A stretch of DNA of 64,000 nucleotides from Mobula hypostoma. Lineage: Eukaryota. Below are positions 1-11,977 of this stretch, piece after piece. The stretch is from assembly GCF_963921235.1 (NCBI RefSeq), contig NC_086098.1, positions 4,960,001 to 5,024,000 on the forward strand, written 5' to 3'. The first letter of the stretch is position 1, and every line of letters begins with the position of its first letter. A program made the position numbers and the translations under genes. The notes under the pieces are model-generated. The model had not been told where the DNA came from. It saw only the letters and a program-made list of their open reading frames with translations, and ran no database searches.

Positions 1-1330
1 ATCTTGAGAGGCAAGATTTATGAACATTTGGAGAGGTATAATATGATTAGGAATAATCAGCATGGCTTTGTCAAGGGCAGGTCGTGCCTTACGAGCCTGA
101 TTGAATGTTTTGAGGATGTAACTAAGCACATTAATGAAGATAGAGCAGTAGATATAGTGTATATGGATTTCAGCAAGGCATTTGATAAGGAACCCCATGC
201 CAGGCTTATTGAGAAAGTAAGGAGGCATGTGATCCGAGGGGAAATTGCTTTGTACGTCCAGAACTGGCTTGCCCATAGAAGGCAAAGAGTGGTTGTAGAC
301 GGGTCATATTCTGCATGGAGGTCTGTCACCAGTGGTGTGCCTCAGGGATCTGTTCTGGGACCCCCACTCCTTGTGATTTTTATAAATGACTTAGATGAAG
401 AAGTGGAGCGATGGGTTAGTAAATTTGCTGATGACACAAAGGTTGGGGATGCTGTGGATAGTGTGGAGGGCTGTCAGAGGTTACAGCAGGACATTGATAG
501 GCTGCAAAACTGGGCTGAGAAGTGGAAGATGGAGTTCAACCCAAATAAGTGTGAGGTGGTTCATTTTGGTAGGTTAAATATGATGACAGAATATAGTATT
601 AATGGGAAGTCTCTTGGCAGTGTGGAGGATCAGAGGGATCTTGAGGTTCGAGTCCATAGGACACTCAAAGCTGCTGCGCAGGTTGACTCTGTGGTTAAGA
701 AAGCATATGTTGCATTGGCCTTCGTCAATTGTGGGATTGAGTTTAGGACCCAGAAGGTAATGTTGCAGCTATATAGGACCCTGGTTAGACCCCACTTGGA
801 GTACTATGCTCATTTCTGGTTGCCTCACTACAGGAAGGATGTGGAAACCATAGAAAGGGTGCAGAGGAGATTTACAAGGATGTTGCCTGGATTAGGGAGT
901 GTGCCTTATAAGAATAGGTTAAGTGAACTCAGCCTTTTTCCTTGGAGCGACGGAGGGTGAGAGGTGACCTGATAGAGGTGTAGAATATGATGAGAGATAT
1001 TGATCGTGTGGATAGCCAGAGGCTTTTTCCCAAGGCTGAAGTGGCTAGCATGAGAGGGCACAGCTTTAAGTTGCTTGGACGTAGGTACAGAGGAGATGTC
1101 AGGGGTAAGTTTTTTATGCAGACAGTGGTGAGTGCGTGGAATGGGCTGCCAGCGACGGTGGTGGAGGCGGATACAATAGGGTCTTTTAAAAGACTCCTGG
1201 ACAGGTACATGGAGCTCAGAAAAATAGAGGGCTATGTGTAACCCTAGGTAATTTCTAAGGTAAGGATATGTTCAGCACAGCTTTGTGGGCCGAAGGGCCT
1301 GTATTGTGCTGTAGGCTTTCTGTTTCTTTC
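1..1330 (+). mobile_element. CR1-type LINE (family A), RT domain and 3' end, cut by window start
   Basis: ORF 4..960 has RT motifs QHGF, DFSKAFDK, SGVPQGSVLGP, KFADD and RPHLEY. Frameshifted C-terminus in 987..1241 (RGHSFKL, VSAWNGLP). Short microsatellite-like tail. Confidence 0.93.
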
Positions 1331-1460
1331 AATCTTGTTTACATCTTTCCTACAGGTAGGTGACCAAAACTGCACACAAAATTCCATATAGGCCTCACAA
1401 AAGTCTTATACAATCTCAATAAAATGTTCCATCTTCTGTACAAAATACATTGATTTAACT

Positions 1461-1549
1461 GATAGCAGTGTCCCTGGGTTCATTGTCCATTCACAAATCT
1501 GATGGCAGTGTCCATGGGTTCATTGTCCATTCAGAAATCTAATGGCAGA
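1461..1549. repeat. 40-bp tandem duplication (about 2.2 copies) from a Rex1-type LINE 3' region
   Basis: gatagcagtgtccctgggttcattgtccattcacaaatct is followed by gatggcagtgtccatgggttcattgtccattcagaaatct. The reverse complement resembles 21365-21410. Confidence 0.75.
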
Positions 1550-1859
1550 GGACTAAGTTGACGTAGTGCAATACAAACCCTCACACCATTTTTCGCCTAA
1601 GTTATTTCCCTTGCATCTTTCTTTCTAGGTAGATCTGAGTTCTTCCTTGGTCTAATTGGTCCACATTGGTCTAATATATCTTTACATTTCCCTTATTTGA
1701 TTCTACACATTGGTACAGCACGACTCAAATCCCAGAGTTTCCATCTCTCAAACAGTTGTGTGATAATAGTCTATTAAATTGGCTAGGTGACACCAACCCA
1801 GAATTGGGTCACTGTAAATTTCCTTTGTTCATTCAATCATGGCCACTCAATTGAAGGCC

Positions 1860-3262
1860 TCCCTGTTGGTTGAGCCGACCATGGAATTTGCGGCCTGGCT
1901 ATCAACATCATATTCAAGCCGGGGCAGTACTATCATGTAGCAGACTCCCCCTCTCCACGCAGCTGATGGACCCAAAGGAACGCAGAGTCTGATAAAGTGG
2001 CATCGCAGGAGTTGCCAGTCAGCGTCGAATTCAATGTAGTTCTGCTTTAGGGACTCCAGCTGCAGGTTTTTGCTCAGGATTTACTCCCGAAGCCTTCCCC
2101 ATGAGTGGGTATAGCCGCAAGGCAGCAGAGTTTCAGGTCAGAGATTTCCTTCTCCTAGGTCAGGGGTCCCCAACCTTTCTCGCACCACAGACCGGTTTAA
2201 TATTGACAATATTCTTGTGGACTGGCCGACCCCGGGGGGGGAGGGGTGGGGGGGGGATGTTAAACACGACCGGAATATAGGTGATAAGCCAACTATAAGT
2301 CACTTATAAGTGGCTAATACACTCAATTTTGTTTCTAAAGGGGTTAATCTAACGAATTTAATATTAAACACACAATCATATTTTCCTCGTATGAACATGC
2401 AAAATCATTACAACACACCAATATCGCTGAATCAGTGGGAGCCCTGGGCTTGTTTTCCTGTCAAGGGGTGATGGGAGACAGTGATACTCGAAGGGGGTTC
2501 CTTATGTCCAATCTATTCCGCAATTTAGTTTTCGTTGCATTCATTGCAGAAAAATCCGCTTCGCAGTGATATGATGTTGCAAATGGAAGCAACGTTTTCA
2601 GTGCTTGCATGGCTATCTCAGGATATTCAGCCTTGACTTTGATCCAGAATGCCGTCAGAGATGTTATGTCAAACATACTTTTCAGCCCGCCGTCATTTGC
2701 AAGCTCGAGGAGTTGATCTTCTTCCCACGCTGACATGGATGATTCACCAGAAACATTCACAAATGGGTCACATACCCATTCCTTTACACATCGTGGGTCA
2801 TTTGCATCTTGGGTCACTGATGACATCATGTGTGTTAAAGTTCGACAGTGGGCGTGACAGGGAATGAGGAAAGGTGCAGCTGACTCATATCGTTTCATAT
2901 CGCCAAATCATGTTGTTTCCTCGCGGTCCGGTAGCACATGCTTTGCAGCCCGGTACCAGTCCGTGGCCCGGTGGCTGGGGACCGCTGTCCTAGGTGAGTT
3001 GCCAGCCATAGCTGAAGAGTGTTACCTGCCCAAAGCAAATGGTTTTCGGGCACCGGTAACCCTCCTTTGCCCCTTCTCCTGTCAGTAGAAATGGTTCCGT
3101 CAGACTTAGTAACTAATTCACATGTAAAGGCCAGAAGCTGGACCTGGTTTTCAGAGTCTATTTGAGAGAGGCACACTATTGGAGCATTTAGTAGGTAGTG
3201 GGAGCTTATCCCCACTACCACAACCCCCAGCCCCCACCGGCTATAACAACCTTAAGGAACCA
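1860..3262 (-). mobile_element. Tentative RTE-clade non-autonomous element, split by a hAT insertion
   Basis: GC-richer non-coding block that is continuous across the hAT TSD. The minus strand contains ggcaactcacctaggagaaggaaa, a motif I recall from RTE 5' regions. Boundaries approximate. Confidence 0.4.
2161..2987 (-). mobile_element. Non-autonomous hAT-Charlie (Charlie3/MER1-like) element, copy 1
   Basis: TIRs CAGGGGTCCCCAACC / CAGCGGTCCCCAGCC. Perfect 8-bp TSD TCCTAGGT (2153-2160, 2988-2995). Minus strand encodes the hAT dimerisation-domain C-terminus FWIKVKAEYPEIA...TKTKLRNRLDIRNPLRVSLSPITP, then GKQAQGSH*. Confidence 0.93.
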
Positions 3263-3302
3263 TCACTTAAGCCTTACAATTTTAAGTATTATCCAATGCT
3301 TT

Positions 3303-4705
3303 ACAATAGACCTGTTAGCTTGACATCGGTGGTTGCGAAGTTGTTGGAGTCGATTGTCAAGGATGAGGTTACAGAGTACCTGGAGGCTTATGACAAGATA
3401 GGCAGAACTCAGCATGGATTCCTTAAAGAAAAATCCTGCCTGACAAACCTATTACAATTTTTTGAGGAAATTACCAGTAGGCTAGACAAGGGAGATGCAG
3501 TGGATATTGTATATTTGGATTTTCAGAAGGCCTTTGACAAGGTGCCACACATGAGGCTGCTTAACAAGATAAGAGCCCATGGAATTACGGGAAAGTTACA
3601 TATGTGGATAGAGCGTTGGCTGATTGGCAGGAAATAGAGAGTGGGAATAAAGGGATCCTATTCTGGTTGGCTGCCGGTTACCAGTGGTGTGATGGGATCA
3701 GTGTTGGGGCCGCTTCTTTTTACATTGTACATCAACGATTTGGATTATGGAATAGATGGCTTTGTGGCTAAGTTTGCTGACGATATGACGATAGGTGGAG
3801 GGGCCGGTAGTGCTGAGGAAACGGAGAGTCTGCAGAGAGACTTGGATAGATTGGAAGAATGGGCAGAGAAGTGGCAAATGAAGTACAATGTTGGAAAGTG
3901 TATGGTTATGCACTTTGGCAGAAAAAATAAATGGGCGGACTATTATTTAAATAGGGAAAGAATTCAAAGTTCTGAGATGCAACGGGACTTGGGAGTCCTC
4001 GTACAGGATACCCTTAAAGTTAACCTCCAGGTTGAGTCAGTAGTGAAGAAGGCAAATACAATGTTGGCATTCATTTCTAGAGGAATAGAGTATAGGAACA
4101 GGGATGTGATGTTGAGGCTCTATAAGGCACTGGTGAGACCTCACTTGGAGTACTGTGGGCAGTTTTGGTCTCCTTATTTAAGAAAGGATGTGCTGACGTT
4201 GGAGAGGGTACAGAGAAGATTCACTAGAATGATTCCGGAAATGAGAGGGTTAACATATGAGGAACGTTTGTCTGCTCTTGGACTGTATTCCTTGGAGTTT
4301 AGAAGAACGAGGGGAGACCTCATAGAAACATTTCGAATGTTGAAAGGCATGGACAGAGTGGATGTGGCAAAGTTGTTTCCTGTGATGGGGGAGTCTAGTA
4401 CCAAAGGGGCATGACTTAAGGATTGAAGGGTGCTCTTTCAGAACAGAAATGCGAAGAAATTTTTTTAGTCAGAGGGTGGTGAATCTATGGAATTTGTTGC
4501 CACGGGCAGCAGTGGAGGCCAAGTCATTGGGTGTATTTAAGGCAGAGATTGATAGGTATCTGAGTAGCCAGGGCATCAAAGGTTATGGTGAGAAGGCGGG
4601 GGAGTGGGACTAAATGGGAGAATGGATCAGCTCATGATAAAATGGCGGAGCAGACTCGATGGGCTGAATGGCCGACTTCTGCTCCTTTGAGTTATGGTCT
4701 TATAT
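3303..4705 (+). mobile_element. CR1-type LINE (family B), 5'-truncated
   Basis: RT in ORFs 3179..3637 and 3641..4414 (NRPVSLTS, QHGF, KFADD), with a premature stop and frameshift. Ends in a ttatggtcttat tail. Confidence 0.93.
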
Positions 4706-4919
4706 CGTTAATTTTTTAAATCTGTGAAAATATTTATCCTTTTAATTATTTGAATTTGATTTTAAATGTCTCTGTTCACCTCAGCAAACTATCTGAATAC
4801 CACCAGGAGCTCTGTAGGCAGGGCGAGAGGTCAAATCTCTATTTCTGGGTGGCCGCACTTCACAGGACAGTGGCGGCAGTGAAGTTTGGATCCGCGGTGC
4901 CACGCCACAACAGGGCACA

Positions 4920-5830
4920 AGAACAGTAGAACGAGGAGCAGGAGTCGAGCCTGTGCAGGCATTCAATAAGATCATGGCTGGTCTGGCCATCGATGCATTG
5001 CCAACTACCTGCTGTTTCCCCAGAACTCTTAATTCTAATTCCCCTGCCGAGCAAAAATCTATCTAACTGTGTCTGAAACATATTTATTAAGGAAGCCTTG
5101 ACTGCTTCTCTGGGCAGGGAATTGCACAGATTCACTACTCTCTGGGAAAAGCAGTTTCTCCTCATCTCTGCCCTAAATCTATTCCCCCAAATCTTGAGGC
5201 TATGTCCCCTGGTAATAGTCTTGCTTAACAGTGGAAACAAGTTTCCTGCCTTTATCTTACCAATCCCTTCAATAACTTTAAATGTTTTTTTATGAGATCC
5301 CCTCTCATTCTTCTGAATTGCATTATGTTCCAGGTAACTCTCTCCTCAGAGGCTAACCCCCTCATTTTTAGAATCAAACTTGTGAGCCTCCTCTGCGTAA
5401 TTCCAAAGCTGGTATATCTTTCTGCAAGTAAACCCACCTCAGGATTCAAGTTTATCGGTCACATATAGATTGAAACATAGAGTGAAATGCGTTAACATCC
5501 AACACACCCAAGAGTGTGCTGGGGACAGACCACAAGTGTCACTGCACCTTCCAGTTCCAGCGTAGCTACCCACAATGTCCAGTACAACAACACAGAACAC
5601 AACCAGCAACAAAACAATAACGAACAAGCCCCATTCTTCCCTCCCTCCCACTGCACGAAGTACTCCAGACCCTGTACAGTTGCAGCATAACCTCCCTGCT
5701 CTTAAATTCAAAACCTCTAGCAAACGAAGGCCTTCTTGGTGTCCTGATGCGCCTGCAAGGCAACCTGTCGTGATTCCCAAGCGCTCCCAAGTCCCTCTGC
5801 ACAGCAGCACGTAGCAATCTTTCACTGTCT
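4920..5830 (-). mobile_element. Degenerate CR1 3' fragment interrupted at about 5440-5660 by another dispersed repeat
   Basis: Minus-strand peptides RGHSLKIWG...FSQRVVNL and RRMRGDLI. Confidence 0.8.
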
Positions 5831-6357
5831 AAAGTTCAAAATAAATTTATTATCAAAATACACATATGTCACCATATACAACCTTGAGCTTTGTTTTCTT
5901 GCTGGCATTCTCAATAAATCCAAGAACCATAACAGAATCAATGACAGACCGCACCAACAGGGCAGACAACTGGAGTGCAGAAAACAACAAACGGCAAATA
6001 CAAAAAGAAAGAAATGATAGTAATAAATAAATAAGCAATAAATATTGAGAACATGAGATGAAGAATGAGCCCATAGGTTGGATCATGATGGGGCAAGTGA
6101 AGTTGAGTGAAGATAAGTAATTAATAAGTTAGTAATAATCACAAGGAAGCGGGTGCTACAGCAGGCCAGCAGGCCTCCAGGCCTATAAAAACTGCCTGGT
6201 CAGTCATTCAGATCTTGGTCGATTTATTTTGGCCTCAACTCCTTTCTAATGCCAGTATGGTCAGACCAGGGAAAAGAAAGTGAACTCGGCTGGCTCACGT
6301 GTGATCTAAGGACGGTAATGAACAAAATATGGTTAGGGAGCTTAAGGGAAATGAACT

Positions 6358-6730
6358 GATCTCATTGAAACCTATTGAATGTTGAAAGGCCTCGGCAGAG
6401 TGGATGTGGAGAAGATGTTTCCTATGGTGGGGAAGTTTTGGACCAGGAGCCACAGCCTCAGAATAGCGGGCCATCCATTTAGAACAGAGATGAGGAGGAG
6501 TTCCTTTAGCAAGAGAGTGGTGGATCTGAGGAATTCATTGCTGCAGGTATTGGGGCCAAGGCATTGGGTATATTTAAAGCGGAGGTTGATAGATTCTTGA
6601 TTAGTCAGGGTGTGAAAGGTTATGGGGAGAGGGCAGGAGACTAGGGCTGAGAGGGAAAATGGAACAGCCATGATGAAATTGTGGAGCAGACTCGATGGGC
6701 TGAATGGCTGAATTCTTATGGTCTTATTAG
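6358..6730 (+). mobile_element. CR1 3' fragment
   Basis: ORF 6379..6600 (TRSHSLRI...SKRVVDL) followed by a CR1 3' UTR. Confidence 0.85.
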
Positions 6731-6859
6731 TTTTCTTTGTCACATATATATAGAAACATCAGAACACACAGTGAAATACATCATCTGTGAAAAAGACCAG
6801 CAGAGTCCCCACTCTGTGCTTGGAGCATCCTGCAAGCATTGTGATGCTTCAAACACCAT

Positions 6860-7220
6860 AAGAGAGAAGGAGGATGAGAGGAGACATGATAGAGGTGTAC
6901 AAGATAATAAGAGGAATAGATAGAGTGGACAGCCAGAGCCTCTTCCCCAGGGCACCACTGCTCAATACAAGAGGACATGGCTTTAAGGTAAGGGGTGGGA
7001 AGTTCAAGGGGGATATTAGAGGAAGGTTTTTTTACTCAGAGAGTGGTTGGTGCGTGGAATGCACTGCCTGAGTCAGTGGTGGAGGCAGATACACTAGTGA
7101 AGTTTAAGAGACTACTAGACAGGTATATGGAGGAATTTAAGGTGCGGAGGCAGGGTTTAAGGGTCGGCACAACATTGTGGACCGAAGGGCCTGTACTGTG
7201 CTGTACTGTTCTATGTTCTA
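6860..7220 (+). mobile_element. CR1 family C 3' fragment
   Basis: Near-identical to 47460-47830. Tail gttctatgttcta. Confidence 0.9.
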
Positions 7221-7654
7221 TAAAACTATAAGATATTGGAGCAGAATTAAGCCATCAAAACATTGAGTGAAATGTGCCCTTTGTATTGAATGAAATCAGT
7301 GAAGATTCTGTGGGGGGCAGACAGCAAGTTTTCCATGTTTCTAGCACAAGACAGCACGCCGACAACTCATTCACCCCAACCTATAGGTCTTTGGACAGTA
7401 CCTTGATAAAAATACGTATTATTGAAGTAATTATGCAGTATACAACCCTGAAAATTTGTCTTCCCAAGACAGTTACAAAACAAAGAAAACCCTGGAACCC
7501 ATCCAAAGAAAAACATCAAACCCACTCCCCAATGTGCAAAAAGAAAAACAAATCACGCAAATGGCAAAAAAGGAAAACCAATCAAGCAAAAAACACAGAA
7601 TATAAAATGCAAAACTGAACGAGTGCAGGCATGTTCAGTTCAATCTAGCTCTCC

Positions 7655-7762
7655 CTGTGACAGGGAGAACATACAAACTCCTTACAGACAGTGGTGGGAA
7701 TTGAACCCCGATCGCTCGTCACTGGTGCTGTGATAGTGTCATGCTAACTGTTGTGCCACCAC
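7655..7762 (-). mobile_element. tRNA-derived V-SINE head fragment
   Basis: Minus strand has a B-box-like ggttcaattcc and matches the SINE at 41490 (ctgtaaggagtttgta). Confidence 0.65.
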
Positions 7763-8224
7763 ACTACCCGTTTAGTTACCAGCTCCCACCTTCCACATTA
7801 TCACAGATTTCCTTTTGCTCTTCTCTTCCTGATGGTAAGTTTCCCTAGTGATAACATTTCTAACTCCTAGCAGTGCTGCCAAAAGACCAAACATTATTAA
7901 CTATGTTTCTCTGTCTCTGCGTGTAGCAACAGGGCTTGTATCTCAGCTGATCCCAGGATATCTGGGACACCAGCCTGACCTGCTGAGTTCTTTCGGCATT
8001 TTACAGGTTTCTCAAGATTTCCAGCATCTGCAGAATATTTTGCTTTGATTTCATGTTTTTTAATCACTTGCGTGTTTGAGTTTTTCAGTTTTTTGCTCTC
8101 TTTTTACACCACTTATTTAAATTTTTAATGCATATTTGTTATTGTAATCTACTTTTTAAATTATTATGTATTGCACTGCACTGCAAAACAACAAATTTCA
8201 TTTAAATATGCTTCCCCTCCCTAA

Positions 8225-8395
8225 ACGTTTTGTTTTGGCATTTTCCCTTTTCCTTTCCAGACTTGAAGAAGGGTCTCAGCCTGAAATGTCGACTGTTTAT
8301 TCCTTTCCATACATGCTGCCTGACCTGCTGAGATCCTCCAGCATTTTGTGTGTGTTGCACTGGATTTCCAGTGTATGCAGAATCTCTCGTGTTTA
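8225..8395 (+). mobile_element. Penelope terminal-repeat remnant with degenerate hammerhead motif (8258-8295)
   Basis: cagac-ttgaaga-agggtctcagcct-gaaat-gtc-gactg, followed by the shared atgctgcctgacctgctgag...ccagcattttgtgtgtgttgc block. Confidence 0.75.
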
Positions 8396-8581
8396 TAAAT
8401 ATGCCGGTGATATTAAACCTGATTCTGATTCTGAACCCTAAGAGACTGATCCTGGTCCTTCTGAAAGGCTATTTGATGAGAATGATCCCAGCAATGAAAG
8501 GGTTACCCTAGATAGGATTGTATCCAGGCAGACCCCAGGTCGCTTTGAACACCTGTGACTTGTGGAGTCTCCCCAGCAATA

Positions 8582-8605
8582 TGTGTGTGTGTGTGTGTGT
8601 GTGTG
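8582..8605. repeat. (TG)n microsatellite
   Basis: About 12 consecutive TG units. Confidence 0.95.
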
Positions 8606-8769
8606 GCGCAAGATCTTGTTCCCTGAAGGGACAACAAATTGAATGTGAACTGACTGTGCAGTGTGTTTTTAGGGCATATCGACTTCCGGTGCAACTCCTG
8701 TACACCATCACTGAAATAAGATCTTCAGAAAAAAAATAAAGATTTATTTCAAGCAAGGCAGAAAACGGA

Positions 8770-8971
8770 GAACTTGTTAAAGATTTACTGAAAATGCTAC
8801 CCACAATAATCACTAGCACAAGAGAGACCCATAGTGCACTGGGGCCAGCTCTGCATTTAAACTTATGTCTCCGACAGGAGGGCGCATATCTGTGTTCCAG
8901 ACACAGTTACCTACTGTCGGTGTGGGTCGACTTTTTTCAAGAGAAGATCCTAACCAGCGATCCACCATAAG
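8770..8971 (+). pseudogene. SEC24B: Frameshifted exon-sized fragment of a COPII cargo adaptor SEC24A/B (closest to SEC24B)
   Basis: Manual translation ELVKDLLKMLPTIITSTRETHSALGPAL / frameshift / FKLMSPTGGRISVFQTQLPTVGVGRLFSREDPNQRS matches the recalled SEC24B trunk-domain sequence (TRETHSALGPALQAAFKLMSPTGGRVSVFQTQLP...SREDPNQRS). Confidence 0.85.
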
Positions 8972-9833
8972 GTTAATTAAACTTATAGCCAAAGAGAAAC
9001 AAATCTTGTATCAAACATAATGTAAAGGTGATATTTTTAATTTCTGTAGTTTTGGTCACCTGAAGTCAAGAAGCCTTGGCCACTCTGTGTAATTTCAATA
9101 TTTTTTGAGATTTTCAGACTCCAAAAGTGAACTAAGTTGGAGAACATCTGATAAGTTAAAATGCTACCTTATAAATGGCCCCATGATCATTAAAGTTGAT
9201 AAGAGTAACGGTGGGAGACTTAGAGCTGATTTGATGTAGATACTGGTTGAAACCACACTGCTTGACTTGGGGAGGTGGAGGATACTCATAAGAGGTATTT
9301 ACAGATAAGCACCTGAAAATACCACGGCACAAGTGCTGAAAAGTGGGCCGTGTAGATAGGGAGCTGAGGAATGGCATGCACATACTGAGTTTAATTGCAG
9401 TATGACTGCCTTTAGAACATAGAACACTATAGCACAGTAAAGGCCCTTCGTCTCACAATGTTGTGCTGACCTTTTAACTTTCTCTAAAGTTCAAAATAAT
9501 TTTATTATCAAAGTGCATATATGTCACCATATATGACCATAAGACATAGGAGCAGAATCAGGCCATTCAGCCCATCGAGTCTGCTCCGCCATTCCATCAT
9601 GGGTGATCCTGGATCCCAAACAACCCCATACACCTGCCTTCTCACCATATCCTTTGATGTCCTGACCAACCAGAAAACAATCAACTCTCGCCTTAATATA
9701 CACACAGACTTGGCTTCCACCACAGTCTGTGGCAAAGCATTCCACAGATTCACTACTCTCTGGCTAAAAAGAATTCCTCCTTACCTCTGTTCTAAAAGGT
9801 CACTCATCAATTTCAAGGCTGTGTCCTTTAGTT

Positions 9834-11044
9834 CAGGGGTCCCCAACCTTTTTTGCACTGCGGACCGGTTTAATATTGACAATATTCTTGCGGACAGGCC
9901 GACCGGGGGGGCGGGGCGGGGGGTAGGGTTGCCAACGAACAAGAGTAGCAGTCCAATGCGTTGTTTACCCAAAAGACTACAATGACCATGAACCTTGCGC
10001 GGGCACCAATGTGCGTGCGCATCGTGACCTGCCGATTCCTCACCCCCAGCCCCCCCCCAAGCAAATCCTTTTTGGCGATTCTGTTCGTGGGGCGGGGGGG
10101 GGGTGTTAATCACTACCGGAATATAGGTGATAAGTGGGTAATACACTCAATTTTGTCTCTAAAACCGTTTATCTAATGAATTTAATATTAAACACACAGC
10201 GCATATTTTCCTCGCATGGATATAATGATAAGTCAATTATCAGGGGAGCTTGACGTGTTGAACGAACCTCCAGTAGAAGTGGCTGAAGCAGGTTCGATAT
10301 GGTCATTTAAAAAAAATTGGATGGAGGGTTATGGGCTGAGTGCAGGTCGGTGGGACTAAGTGACAGTAGCGTTCGGCACGGACTAAAAGGGCCAAGATGG
10401 CCTGTTTCCGTGCTGTAATTGTTATATGGTTATATAGGTCACTTATAAGTCAAGAGCATCGTAACATTTTAAGTAACGTTTGGATATTAAATACACAGCA
10501 CATATTTCCCCCGTATGAACATATAAAATCATTGCAACACACCAATATCGCTGAATCAGTGGGAGCCCTGGGCTTGTTTCCCTGCAACAACACGGTCCTA
10601 TCGAGGGGTGACGGGAGACAGCGATACTCGAAGGGGGTTCCTCATGTCTAGTCTGTTCCGCAGTTTAGTTTTCGTTGCATTCATTGCAGAAAGCTCCGCT
10701 TCGCAGAAAAATGTTGGAAATAAAAGCAACGTTTTCAGTGCTTTCGTGGCTATCTCAGGATATTTAGCCTTGACTTTGATCCGGAATGCCGGCAGAGATG
10801 TTATGTCAAACATACTTTGCAGCCCGTCGGTATTTGCAAACTCGAGGAGTTGATCTTCTTCCCGCCCTGACACGGATGATGCGCAGGTCATGATCTCGCG
10901 TGCGTAATGGCTGATCAGTGGCCGTGACAAGAAGTGAGGAAAGGTGCAGCTGACCAAATCATATCGCTTCCTCGCGGCCCGGTAGCGCATGCTCTGCGGC
11001 TCGGTCCCGGTACCGGTCCGCGGCCCGGTGGTTGGGGACCACTG
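9834..11044 (-). mobile_element. Non-autonomous hAT-Charlie (Charlie3-like) element, copy 2
   Basis: TIRs CAGGGGTCCCCAACC / CAGTGGTCCCCAACC. 8-bp TSD ctttagtt / ctctagtt (1 mismatch). Same transposase C-terminal remnant as copy 1 (ORF 10598..10990). Confidence 0.93.
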
Positions 11045-11224
11045 CTCTAGTTCTGGACACTCCCACCATAGGAAACATCCTTTCCATATTTAGCTTATCT
11101 AGTCCTTTCAACATTTGGTACGTTTCAATGAGATTCCACCCCGCCGCATTCTTCTAAATTCCAGTGAGTACAGACTCAAAGTTGCTAAACGCTCCTCCTA
11201 TGTTAACCCCTTCATTCCCAGAAT

Positions 11225-11572
11225 GTTTGTTCTTCTGCCATTAGGCAAACGTTACAGGAGCATCAAAACTAAAACCACAAGGCTACTAAACAGTTTCCTC
11301 CCACAGGCAGTCAGACTGCTAAATAGCTGCTCTACCTGACTCTGCTTTGGACACTTTTAACTTGCAATGGACACTTATAAATTGATTTTAACTGACATGT
11401 GGCTGTTGTGTTTTACTATTTATTGTTATGTTTATTATTTAGTGTTGCATTTGTTATGTTATGATTGCACTGCTCCTGGGAAACACTGTCTCATTCTGCC
11501 CTGCAGAGCTGATGTATGGTTAGAATGACAATAAAATTTTTTGAATCCTGAATCTTGAATCTTGAATCTTGA
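11225..11572 (+). mobile_element. Rex1/Babar-type LINE 3' fragment
   Basis: Peptide LLPLGKRYRSIKTKTTRLLNSFLPQAVRLLNS. AATAAA followed by a (TTGAATC)n tail. Confidence 0.8.
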
Positions 11573-11977
11573 ATCATCCTCTTGAGCCTCCTCTGGACTA
11601 TCTCCAATGATAACACATCCTTTCGAGATACAGGGCCCAAAAAGGATATGTTGGCAACATTGCTTTCATATTCTATTGTTGGGACTCCTTAATTTCATTA
11701 GGCAGAATTCTCCCAGAATGTTCAAAGGTCCAATTTAATGTCAGAGAAACGTATACAATATACATCCTGAAATGCTTTTTCTTCGCAAACATCCACGAAA
11801 ACAGAGAAGTGCCCTCAAGAATGGTCAGGAATGGTTTATGGTTATATAAGTCAATGGGATTAGGTGAGAGTAAGAGTTCGGCATGAAATGGCCTGTTTCT
11901 GTGCTGTAATTATTACATGGTTATATGGTAAATACAAAAAAAAGACATAACTTCAAGAGCAGAAAACTGTTAGTGCC

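Larger units (their letters stand above)
9533..11640 (-). mobile_element. CR1 3' fragment split by a Charlie element (9834-11044) and a Rex1-type fragment (11225-11572)
   Basis: CR1 sequence resumes in register after each insertion (gtgtcc..tagttctggacactcccacc; cccagaat..catcct). Confidence 0.8.

Noticed and set aside
2461..2898. Domesticated ZBED/SCAND-type gene
   Set aside because: Only the transposase C-terminus remains, inside TIRs and a TSD, and a second decayed copy exists in the window.
3040..3180. HDV-like ribozyme in the RTE-like element
   Set aside because: I could not assign a consistent nested double pseudoknot in this copy.
7655..7762. tRNA gene
   Set aside because: Only a degenerate tRNA-like SINE head continuing into SINE body sequence. 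No full cloverleaf.
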